A DNA stretch of 64,000 nt from an uncultured Candidatus Saccharibacteria bacterium (GTDB taxonomy: Bacteria; Patescibacteriota; WWE3; 2-01-FULL-39-13). Below are positions 18,317-26,195 of this stretch, in pieces (position 1 is the stretch's first letter; every line of letters starts with the position of its first letter). Made by a program: the position numbers and the translations under genes. The DNA lies in contig OZ246395.1 of the NCBI GenBank assembly GCA_965230915.1, positions 728,935 to 792,934 on the forward strand, read 5' to 3'. Below the pieces are notes generated by a model, which was not told where the DNA came from, ran no database searches, and worked only from the letters and a program-made list of their open reading frames with translations.

Positions 18317-19084
18317 CTAAAAAGTAGATATAAATCCCCTTAATTTTTGAGGAAAAATATCGTCTAAAGCTAGAATATCAGAACTATATATTTCAATAAG
18401 ACCTAAATTATAATTTTTATATAACTCTTGTTTCCGTTTTTTCCTCTCTAAATATTCCTTATCTTTAAGACCCCAGTATTCAATATATATAACATCATGA
18501 CTAGTAGAGCTTGGTATAAAAAAATCGCAATACATTTCTTCTTTAATCGGAACTTTCTTCTCATACCCGTGTAAAATTTTACTGTTAAATAACCAATTAT
18601 CTATAATTAGCTCATCCATACTTCTAACTCTATGGCCATCGTCTGCAATATATTTGGCCGGAAATTTATTTCTAAAAACATTACCTAGATGATCTTCTCG
18701 TTGAGTGGACCTATACATATTGTCCAACGCCTGTGTAATATCAGGTTTTAACAATACAGGCATAAAATCTCGAAATTTAATTAAGTTTTCTATATCCGAT
18801 TTTGAAATAGGATTGTAATTCTCAACTCTTTCTACTTTAATTTGCCATGGAAATTTCCCTCCCCAAGCTTCTTTGACAATATTGACGCTACATTTAGATA
18901 TTGCCCTGAATTTTCCATGCAATAAACCAGATGTGTAGTTATAAAGGAAAAGAGTATCTCCAACATTAATATCTTCAGTGTACGGTTTGTACTTTAGAGT
19001 TCCTCCAAATAGCATTCGGTTGAAGCACTCTTTTTCCGTCGCATTTGAACATAAAAATATATAGCTTTTCTTTGCATCATTCAT
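18317..19084 (-). CDS. DCD-domain (PUA-like, EVE-related) protein with C-terminal Vsr/DUF559-like endonuclease-like domain
   Basis: N-terminal YIFLCSN..EKECF..MLFGG.....I.VGDTLFLYNYTSGLLHGKFRA...FPWQIKV matches the DCD signature (FGLP / LFLFNY / PAQV blocks). C-terminal CDFFIP..(11)..VIYIEYWG.....R......L...LGLIEIYSSDI resembles the YxvDF...IEvDG...R...L..GW.VlR core of Vsr-like PD-(D/E)xK domains; this is tentative. The start was set at Met16 to clear tRNA-Ser. Confidence 0.6.
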   Translation of the reverse strand: MNDAKKSYIFLCSNATEKECFNRMLFGGTLKYKPYTEDINVGDTLFLYNYTSGLLHGKFRAISKCSVNIVKEAWGGKFPWQIKVERVENYNPISKSDIENLIKFRDFMPVLLKPDITQALDNMYRSTQREDHLGNVFRNKFPAKYIADDGHRVRSMDELIIDNWLFNSKILHGYEKKVPIKEEMYCDFFIPSSTSHDVIYIEYWGLKDKEYLERKKRKQELYKNYNLGLIEIYSSDILALDDIFPQKLRGFISTF

Positions 19085-19089
19085 ATTTC

Positions 19090-19177
19090 TGGCGGAGGGG
19101 ACAGGATTCGAACCTGCGGTGTTATTCACACACTACCTTTCCAAGATAGCGCACTAGACCAACTATGCGACCCCTCC
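19090..19177 (-). tRNA. tRNA-Ser (anticodon GGA), type II with long variable arm, CCA encoded
   Basis: GGAGGGG acceptor, anticodon loop UUGGAAA, variable arm GTGTGTGAATAACAC, T-loop TTCGAAT, 3' CCCCTCCGCCA. Confidence 0.9.
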
Positions 19178-19206
19178 AAAGGCTTCGCAAACACCGATAT
19201 TATAGC

Positions 19207-19965
19207 TTACCCAAGCGCTTCTATTAAGGCTCTGGCCACATCGTCTATTCCACTTGCTTCTATTGTATCTTCGTGAGAAGTACCTGCGGCATGCAATGCC
19301 CAAGGGCTCGGCAATGCAACCTGGTAGGCATAGCCTGCTTCGCGTGAAGCTTTAACGTCTCCCGTTCGGTTATCACCTACTGAAATTGCTTGGAATCCCT
19401 GTAAACCCAAGTTATCTAGGCTTTGTTTCCAATGTTCAGGCCCTTTTTGTGAATTTTCGTGTGCAATTGTTATTGAATCTAAATGTCGGTCTAATTCCGT
19501 TGTTTGAAGCTTAAAGTAACTCCAAGGTTCGTTTGCGTGGGTTACTAAACCGCGCTTAATTCCTCCATCGCCTAATGTTTGAAGAAGCTCAGTTGCACCC
19601 TCGCGCAGTTCAGGAACAATTCGATATATATCATGCAAAATTGAAATGTTTTCGATAAGAAAGTCATGATGCCCGTAAATATCGGCAACTTCTTTTATAA
19701 TATTGTGCCAAATCCCAGGGCCAACTCCATGTGAAGTGACAATTTTATTTGTGGCTTTGACCCAATCGGCCGAATAGGCTTCCATATTAAATCCGAAGGT
19801 TGAATATACTCTCTGGTGTAATTCACGAATCTGCCTTTGGAATATTATGTTTGTATGAATTAGCGTATCGTCGAGGTCGAAAACAACTGCTTTGATTCCA
19901 CGATTTCTAAGTACTTCGACTAATTTAGATGGCTGCTCCTGCGGCTCGGGGTTTAAAAAATTCAT
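19207..19965 (-). CDS. HAD-superfamily hydrolase
   Basis: Motif I VVFDLDDTL and motif IV VGDNRTGD. Confidence 0.8.
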   Translation of the reverse strand: MNFLNPEPQEQPSKLVEVLRNRGIKAVVFDLDDTLIHTNIIFQRQIRELHQRVYSTFGFNMEAYSADWVKATNKIVTSHGVGPGIWHNIIKEVADIYGHHDFLIENISILHDIYRIVPELREGATELLQTLGDGGIKRGLVTHANEPWSYFKLQTTELDRHLDSITIAHENSQKGPEHWKQSLDNLGLQGFQAISVGDNRTGDVKASREAGYAYQVALPSPWALHAAGTSHEDTIEASGIDDVARALIEALG

Positions 19966-20030
19966 AAAATTTTGGCAGGAAATTGTTTATGAAGTTATTT
20001 ATATAATTTTTTATGAAAGAAAGCTATTAG

Positions 20031-20084
20031 AAATAAAAAAAGACACTAGGCTTCAATCGTTAGATTGTGACACAGCCTAGTGTC
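20031..20084 (-). terminator. rho-independent terminator for the minus-strand operon 22062..20110
   Basis: Perfect 11-bp stem GACACTAGGCT / AGCCTAGTGTC with a 21-nt loop, then TTTTTTTATTT on the minus strand. Confidence 0.75.
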
Positions 20085-20109
20085 GAGGTGTAAGGTTTTG
20101 ACCTTACGC

Positions 20110-20310
20110 TTACGCAACGTCGATTGGGGCGATGCCAATTGCCATGCCTACGCATAGCCATGGTCTGCCACCATACCTAACGATACGTGTTGGAAAGATC
20201 ACCGTCGGGAAGAATTTTTTTAAAGATTGCTCTTCGGCGATGTGAACAGTAACTTCAGCCTGACTTTGATCCAAACTGGGATCATTCCGACCAGGCACCA
20301 AATCACACAT
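20110..20310 (-). CDS. small hypothetical protein (66 aa, GC-rich)
   Basis: Internal ATG preceded by a strong SD (AAAGAAAGGAG-7nt-ATG), 16 nt after the stop of the upstream mini-ORF. The raw ORF 20110..20382 overlaps that ORF out of frame. It is uncertain whether this is a real gene. Confidence 0.35.
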   Translation of the reverse strand: MCDLVPGRNDPSLDQSQAEVTVHIAEEQSLKKFFPTVIFPTRIVRYGGRPWLCVGMAIGIAPIDVA

Positions 20311-20326
20311 TTGACTGCTCCTTTCT

Positions 20327-20530
20327 TTACCCCATATAACCGTTTTGACGCCTCTTTTCGGCGCGGATTTCGGCCAGTACAACCGGCATGTTCACATTCG
20401 TAACAGGAGCTACTGGCACCTCTGAGGTGGCCGCTTCGTCAGCCTCAGCCTGTCGGGTCTCTAAAGAAGCTGTTACGGCTGCAATATCTGCCGCAACGTC
20501 TTCCGGAGTTGGGTAAGTTTGATTTCCCAT
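20327..20530 (-). CDS. small acidic Ala-rich hypothetical protein (67 aa, GC-rich)
   Basis: SD AAAGGGTGA 8 nt upstream of the ATG. No recognisable family. Confidence 0.45.
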   Translation of the reverse strand: MGNQTYPTPEDVAADIAAVTASLETRQAEADEAATSEVPVAPVTNVNMPVVLAEIRAEKRRQNGYMG

Positions 20531-20624
20531 GCTATATCACCCTTTCTGGTGAAAAAACAAAACAATATCGTTTAAACGGTTTATATAGTACCAATTCCCA
20601 TGTGAATGTCAAGACTATAGGCCT

Positions 20625-20924
20625 TTAATGCGCAAATTTGAATTCGCGAGGATTTGTTTTATCCTGGGCATGGTCAATGCACGTTCCAACAACTAAACCG
20701 TAACATTGCCCCGAACAACTTTGAATACATGACCTTTCGCCAAAATACTCACATTTTAGATTTGCATAACCTACACATGACTGAAAGCATCCGCCCATAG
20801 GCGGCATTACGTCTCTACATCTACTAGATACACCGGAATCTATACTAACCGGCCATAGGAAATAAACAAGAAAGGGCAACAAAAGTAAAAAAATGGAAAT
20901 TAGGAATATTCTTACTTTATTCAT
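20625..20924 (-). CDS. small membrane-anchored Cys-rich protein (99 aa; 8 Cys, three C-x3-C motifs)
   Basis: N-terminal hydrophobic helix LISIFLLLLPFLVYFLW, then C-x9-C-x3-C-x7-C-x7-C-x3-C-x3-C-x7-C. Starts 10 nt after the GT4 stop. Confidence 0.5.
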   Translation of the reverse strand: MNKVRIFLISIFLLLLPFLVYFLWPVSIDSGVSSRCRDVMPPMGGCFQSCVGYANLKCEYFGERSCIQSCSGQCYGLVVGTCIDHAQDKTNPREFKFAH

Positions 20925-20934
20925 TTATAGCAGT

Positions 20935-22062
20935 TTAAATTTTTTCTCTTACAAAATCCATAAATTTCTTTTTAAAATTCTCTTTGCTAAAAGTTAAAGC
21001 ATGGGCACGAATTTTATCGGCGTCAAAATGCTTATCATTTAATTGGTGAATTCCGGCGAGTAAAGATTCCTCGGTTAACTGATTAAAAAATACTCCAACG
21101 TCCGGGTTAACAGTTTCTAAATATCCCCCTTCGCGTAAAGCTACTACAGGTTTGCCGTACATCATTGGCTCAAGTGGAGCCATTCCAAAGTCTTCATCTT
21201 TAACCGCGCAAATCACTGCTTTGCAGTTTTCGTATAATTTCCTCTTTTCGTCATCCGAAACAAATCCGACCATTTCGACCGAAGAATAATTTTTAGCTAA
21301 ATCTTTAAGACGATTTTCAGCAGGACCAGTACCGGCAACTTTTAACGGTAAGTCATTTTTGCCACATGTATCTATTATTAAATCGATATTTTTATAAGCC
21401 GCTAAACGTGAAATTACCAAAAAATAATCACCTTTAATTTTTTTTGCTGTTTCAAAATCGGCTTCATCAACTGCTACAGCCGGAAACGGATTTATGACGG
21501 TCGCATCTCGACCATAAATTTTTTTTATACGCTCACGAACTGTTTCAGAATTGCAAATTAAATAGTCAGGCCGCTGTGCGAACTTTTTATCCATATATCG
21601 CAAATATGAATCAAGCGGATTCAAAATTAACTTCCACCAAAACGAATCTCGCTTGCGAATTTCGCCTTGTAGTCCATATAAAAATCGTGGTGGAGTATGA
21701 ATGTATGAAATATGAATCTGATTTTTATTTGTTTTAGCTCCCTTTGCAAAGTGGGCTGTTGAAGAAATCACCAAATCATAATTTCGCAAGTCTAAATGCT
21801 CGAAATAAATCGGAAGATTCGCAATTAAAACTTTATGCATAAATCTTCGGAGATTTCCTGGAATATTGTTTCGCCACTGCGGATAATGAATTTTTGCGTT
21901 CATAAAAGCCTTAGCTTTATCCATAACTTCTTTGTTATATGTTGCTGTATAAATATCGGCCTGAGGAAAAAGTTCCCAGATCGCATTGACTACTCCTTCG
22001 GCTCCTCCATATTCGTGCATGTAATCGTGAACAATTGCGACCTTTAAATCTGGTTTAACCAT
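20935..22062 (-). CDS. glycosyltransferase family 4 (GT-B, group 1)
   Basis: N-terminal KVAIVHDYMHEYGGAEGVV and C-terminal E..G.A.LE.M..G.PV motif typical of GT4. Confidence 0.85.
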   Translation of the reverse strand: MVKPDLKVAIVHDYMHEYGGAEGVVNAIWELFPQADIYTATYNKEVMDKAKAFMNAKIHYPQWRNNIPGNLRRFMHKVLIANLPIYFEHLDLRNYDLVISSTAHFAKGAKTNKNQIHISYIHTPPRFLYGLQGEIRKRDSFWWKLILNPLDSYLRYMDKKFAQRPDYLICNSETVRERIKKIYGRDATVINPFPAVAVDEADFETAKKIKGDYFLVISRLAAYKNIDLIIDTCGKNDLPLKVAGTGPAENRLKDLAKNYSSVEMVGFVSDDEKRKLYENCKAVICAVKDEDFGMAPLEPMMYGKPVVALREGGYLETVNPDVGVFFNQLTEESLLAGIHQLNDKHFDADKIRAHALTFSKENFKKKFMDFVREKI

Positions 22063-22180
22063 AGTGCTATTTTAGCAGAAAAGACGGCCTAATCTGAGGC
22101 CTATAGTATCTCAAGCCGCGATGTGGTAGTATATAGCCCGATTCAGCAGTCTCATCAATAAACTATAAAGGAGAGAGCAA

Positions 22181-22555
22181 ATGTTAGAGGTAACTGTGGG
22201 TTTGAGCATAAATGTCCCCTTACGAGGGGAAGATCTTGCTACAATCTCTAGGAAGCTGACAAATCTTATTGAAGATGTCTTCAGGGGTATGGGCGATCGG
22301 TTGAAGTGCACTATTGCATATCACTACAGTGGCACATCCGAAAACCCTGACGAACCCCCAAAGGTTAACGTGAATCTTATCGCCATTAGGACGGCGTCGT
22401 GGGTAACCCCTGACGAAATGAACCGGGAGCTTTCGCTTGGTGTGTTATACACCACGCAGCTTAAGGAGTCGGTAATTCCCGACTTCTTCCAGCTAATCTT
22501 CGACCTGCCTCCTGAATCAATTGAGGTGAGCGCTATTCTTTACCGCAAGATCTAG
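22181..22555 (+). CDS. hypothetical protein (orphan, elevated GC)
   Basis: 124-aa ORF. GC is visibly higher than the flanks. Followed by a GGAACGAC..GTCGTTCC hairpin. Confidence 0.4.
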   Translation: MLEVTVGLSINVPLRGEDLATISRKLTNLIEDVFRGMGDRLKCTIAYHYSGTSENPDEPPKVNVNLIAIRTASWVTPDEMNRELSLGVLYTTQLKESVIPDFFQLIFDLPPESIEVSAILYRKI

Positions 22556-22619
22556 CGACCACAGGAACGACCTCTATCGCCCGGCCGAAAAGCCAAAGCG
22601 ATATGTCGTTCCAAAAATT

Positions 22620-23582
22620 TTAAAAAAGGCTTACCTGTTTTCCAGCCCTTTCACTTTTCGCCAAGTCATCTTTTACCTTTTTAATATCAGCGAGTTTATC
22701 TAATTTTTTCATTAGACTAAAAAATTCCAACTCATTAAAAAGTGCACGAACGCGTTCAACATCAAAGTCGTGAACGACACAGTCATTTAAATCAAAATCA
22801 ATCGGAACATTAGTAATAATTGTTGCAAGCTGCTTACTCATAAATGCGGCATCTTTGTCGGCCTCTAATTTATTGCGAACTCCTTCCGGGGTAATCTTAT
22901 CTATATTTTCATAAATTTCTTCGATCGAGCCATATTGCTGTAGTAAAGTTTTTGCTGTTTTATCCCCGATACCTTTAACACCCGGAATACTGTCGCTTGG
23001 ATCTCCGCGTAAGGCTTTATAATCGATCATTTGGATTGGTTCAAATCCATAATGTTCAATGAATGTCGGCTCGTCAAAGATTACACTTTTTACAAATGGA
23101 GGACGCGCAGGGCGATAAACATGAATTCGATCGGTAATTAATTGAAGCAAATCTTGGTCGGCTGTCGCAATAGTCACCTGCGCGTCCTGCGAAGCAAGAT
23201 TGGCAACAGTTCCAACTACATCGTCTCCTTCAAATCCATTTTGAGTAATGCGAGGAATATTAAACGCTTCCAGCAACTCAATTACCCGGGGCAATTGACC
23301 TTTAAAAATCATTTCATTTTCGAAGTCCATTCGAACACGTGTAATTTGATAATTTCCATATAATTCTTTTCGAAAAGATGGCTGCTCTTCGCTTTCCCAA
23401 CCACATGCAATATGTGTCGGATTAAATTTTGCAATCGAATCAAGTAGCGACTGAGCCAATCCAAAAGTAATATTTGTATATTCTTCCTTTGAATTCTGCA
23501 TATCTTTCGGATACGCATGAAATGATCTATGCAAAAAATAAAATGTATCTATTAATAAAAGTTTTTTTAAGTCTTCGGCCAT
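22620..23582 (-). CDS. standalone 5'-3' exonuclease / flap endonuclease (Pol I N-terminal domain homolog)
   Basis: N-terminal LLLIDTFYFLHRSFHA, acidic-residue clusters, H3TH motif GIPGVKGIGDKTA. Confidence 0.85.
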   Translation of the reverse strand: MAEDLKKLLLIDTFYFLHRSFHAYPKDMQNSKEEYTNITFGLAQSLLDSIAKFNPTHIACGWESEEQPSFRKELYGNYQITRVRMDFENEMIFKGQLPRVIELLEAFNIPRITQNGFEGDDVVGTVANLASQDAQVTIATADQDLLQLITDRIHVYRPARPPFVKSVIFDEPTFIEHYGFEPIQMIDYKALRGDPSDSIPGVKGIGDKTAKTLLQQYGSIEEIYENIDKITPEGVRNKLEADKDAAFMSKQLATIITNVPIDFDLNDCVVHDFDVERVRALFNELEFFSLMKKLDKLADIKKVKDDLAKSERAGKQVSLF

Positions 23583-23594
23583 TATTGTAATAAT

Positions 23595-24149
23595 TTACTT
23601 ACCTTTCCAAATTGTTTCTTTATAGCCTAATTTTATATTAACGTAACGGGCTATCATAAAAAGTAAATCGGACAACCTATTAAGATAAGGTAAAAATATT
23701 TGCATCGAAGGGCTATTTATTGCGACAGCAGCGCGCTCAACATTTCGAACGTTTGTTCTTGCAAAATGAATCATCGCCCCAGTTTTTGACCCGCCCGGCA
23801 AGATAAAGTTGGTTAGTTTTGGCAAAATTTTTTCGAAATCGTCGATTGTTTTTTCTATATTTTTGATTTCTTCTTCTGAAGTAAATTCAAGTTTTGCACC
23901 GGTAGCAATTGCCCCGACAATAAATAAATCTTTTTGAATGCTTTCAAGAATTTCGATTTCAATTTTAAATTTGGAACCTTCTATTGCATCGAGATTAGCA
24001 ACACACAATCCTAAAATCGCATTTAGTTCATCGAGTTGTCCTACGAAATCTATTATCGGAGAGTCCTTTCTAACTCTCTGACCTGTAGCTAAACTTGTTT
24101 CGCCTTTGTCACCTGTACGTGTATATAGTGCCATAATTTTATATTTCAA
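23595..24149 (-). CDS. ATP:cob(I)alamin adenosyltransferase, PduO type
   Basis: LYTRTGDKGETSL....V.KD...IDFVGQLDELN and FILPGGS..GA..H.ARTNVR..ER. Confidence 0.8.
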   Translation of the reverse strand: MKYKIMALYTRTGDKGETSLATGQRVRKDSPIIDFVGQLDELNAILGLCVANLDAIEGSKFKIEIEILESIQKDLFIVGAIATGAKLEFTSEEEIKNIEKTIDDFEKILPKLTNFILPGGSKTGAMIHFARTNVRNVERAAVAINSPSMQIFLPYLNRLSDLLFMIARYVNIKLGYKETIWKGK

Positions 24150-24188
24150 ATTAAAAGCGCACTTATGCGCCTAGGTAAATAATATCAT

Positions 24189-24824
24189 TTAAGCAGATAA
24201 CTGACCGTATAATCCTTCTTTTATTGATTGAGGTATATAAGTTTCACTTAATGAAGCAATTCTATTAATAACTTTTCTATTTAGAATGACATCCCATCCT
24301 TCATCTGTGTCGTCGAGCTGTAAATCACCTTCGATATATGAAACGCTGTTCCGTTGCCTCTTTTCAAATCCAGTTACATCGTCAGTAAGAGAGAGCAACT
24401 CAGATAGCCATTCGATAACTAAATCGGCTTCTTCTTCGGAATCACCAGCCATAACCGTTAAAGCTTCTGGCAGATCTTCATTGTGTCCTTCTGGTATTTC
24501 TAGCAAATCGTTTCTTACTCTAAAGGCCAAATCAGTATTTAATAGAAATAATTGGCTTTCGATATAACCAAATTCTAATGATTCATGGATATACATACCT
24601 ACGTCTATTGCTACATCTACCTGATCTGAATAAAAGTATGCCGCAGCCACAGGCAAATTTATTGGCGATCTTTTGTCAAAAACAAGAACTTGGTATGCAT
24701 CGAAATTTGAATCATCTCTTTGGCAGTTTATAGAATAATTTGAATTGAACTCAAATAAATTCGCGATTCTTCCATCTCCACCAGATAGCTCCCCACTAAT
24801 TAAGTGATCGTTTAAATTAAGCAT
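24189..24824 (-). CDS. hypothetical acidic protein
   Basis: 211-aa ORF rich in Asp/Glu. No motif recognised. Confidence 0.45.
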   Translation of the reverse strand: MLNLNDHLISGELSGGDGRIANLFEFNSNYSINCQRDDSNFDAYQVLVFDKRSPINLPVAAAYFYSDQVDVAIDVGMYIHESLEFGYIESQLFLLNTDLAFRVRNDLLEIPEGHNEDLPEALTVMAGDSEEEADLVIEWLSELLSLTDDVTGFEKRQRNSVSYIEGDLQLDDTDEGWDVILNRKVINRIASLSETYIPQSIKEGLYGQLSA

Positions 24825-24844
24825 TATTTAGGTTTTGGGCGGTT

Positions 24845-26134
24845 TTATTTTGGCGAAACTTTATAAATTACACCAGCTTTATCATCTGAAATATAAACAT
24901 TATCGCCATTTGATTCAATATCAACCGGCCTTCCCAAAACTTCGTTATTTTCATCTAGCCATCCGGTTATAAAATCTTCGGTGCTTTGATAATTCCCATC
25001 TTCGTCTAAAACAATTCTGACTATTTTATAACCAGTCGGCTCAGTGCGATTCCACGAACCATGAAATGCAACCAATAAATCATTTTTATAATCGTTTGAC
25101 CAACTATCTGGTATAAAATCTAAACCTAAAGCAGCGGAATGTGCCTGCAATTTAATCTTTGGAATAATCGAATTCGAACATTTTACCCCAGCCTGTTCTG
25201 AATCATCAAAACTTTTATCCTGAACTTTATCGTCATAACAAATTGGCCAACCATAAAATCCGTTTTCTTGTAAAACGTTAATTTCATCTGGCGGAACATT
25301 ATCACCTAACCCATCACGCCCATTGTCCGTTGCCCAAATTTCTTCGGTTCCTGGTCTTTGTTCCAAAAAGACCGAATTTCGAAGCCCGTTCGAAAAAACA
25401 TCAAGGTTAGTTCCATCTAAATTAGATATTAAAACTGCGGCACGTTTTGAATCTTTTTCGTTGCAAACATTGCACGACGATCCTACCGAAGTAAACAATT
25501 TTGGCCCACCTTTATAATTAAAGATCTCAATAGTTCTACTAAAGTGGTTGTTGTAACCGTCGGCTGGTAAGGTAAATAATCTCTTAACGAAAATTGCGTT
25601 TACACCCTCTGGGTCATATGAATACAAACTAACCTTATCTGTTTCAGCTATATATAGATCACATGGTCCTTTTGAAATCAGCTTTCCATCGCAGTTCAGC
25701 GCTAACCCATGCGGCAATCTTAAATCTATCACGAGTGTCTTCATTTCGCCTTTTCCATCACCATTTACATCATTAAAAGCCACAACTCGGCCTGAATCAA
25801 TTAGGCTTGCCAAAATATTACCTTTCGGATCAAATCGTAATACCCGAACTTTGCCTAAGTCTTGAGCAAAAATGCTTATATTAAAGCTATTTGGAATGTT
25901 AAGTGGTCCGATTCCAATGACTTCTGTGTTTTTTAGAGACATGTCCGTAGAAACTTCATCTGGCTGAGATTCAACAGCATTTTCTTCATTTATTTCTGCA
26001 ACAATATCCCGTGAAGGTTGCTCATTAGGCTTATTAATAGGTTTAAATACATTAAAGTAAAAATATATACCTGCACCTACAATCCCAATAACAAATAGAA
26101 TTAATACTGTTACGAGTACCTTTTGAACTGACAT
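24845..26134 (-). CDS. membrane-anchored glucose/sorbosone dehydrogenase family beta-propeller (PQQ-dependent sugar dehydrogenase-like)
   Basis: N-terminal TM. Signature RNSVFLEQRPGTEEIWATDNGRDGLGDNVPPDEINVLQENGFYGWP matches the SGDH family core (RN..G..........DE.N.....NYGWP). Confidence 0.7.
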   Translation of the reverse strand: MSVQKVLVTVLILFVIGIVGAGIYFYFNVFKPINKPNEQPSRDIVAEINEENAVESQPDEVSTDMSLKNTEVIGIGPLNIPNSFNISIFAQDLGKVRVLRFDPKGNILASLIDSGRVVAFNDVNGDGKGEMKTLVIDLRLPHGLALNCDGKLISKGPCDLYIAETDKVSLYSYDPEGVNAIFVKRLFTLPADGYNNHFSRTIEIFNYKGGPKLFTSVGSSCNVCNEKDSKRAAVLISNLDGTNLDVFSNGLRNSVFLEQRPGTEEIWATDNGRDGLGDNVPPDEINVLQENGFYGWPICYDDKVQDKSFDDSEQAGVKCSNSIIPKIKLQAHSAALGLDFIPDSWSNDYKNDLLVAFHGSWNRTEPTGYKIVRIVLDEDGNYQSTEDFITGWLDENNEVLGRPVDIESNGDNVYISDDKAGVIYKVSPK

Positions 26135-26195
26135 GTTTTTACAATACCCTAAAACACACTATTAAACAAACAAGATTAAATATAAAATTAGCATA

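Noticed and set aside
20110-20382. 90-aa ORF from the track as a real gene
   Set aside because: - It overlaps the SD-bearing 67-aa ORF in another frame.
- A shorter internal start with a strong SD gives a cleaner tandem arrangement.
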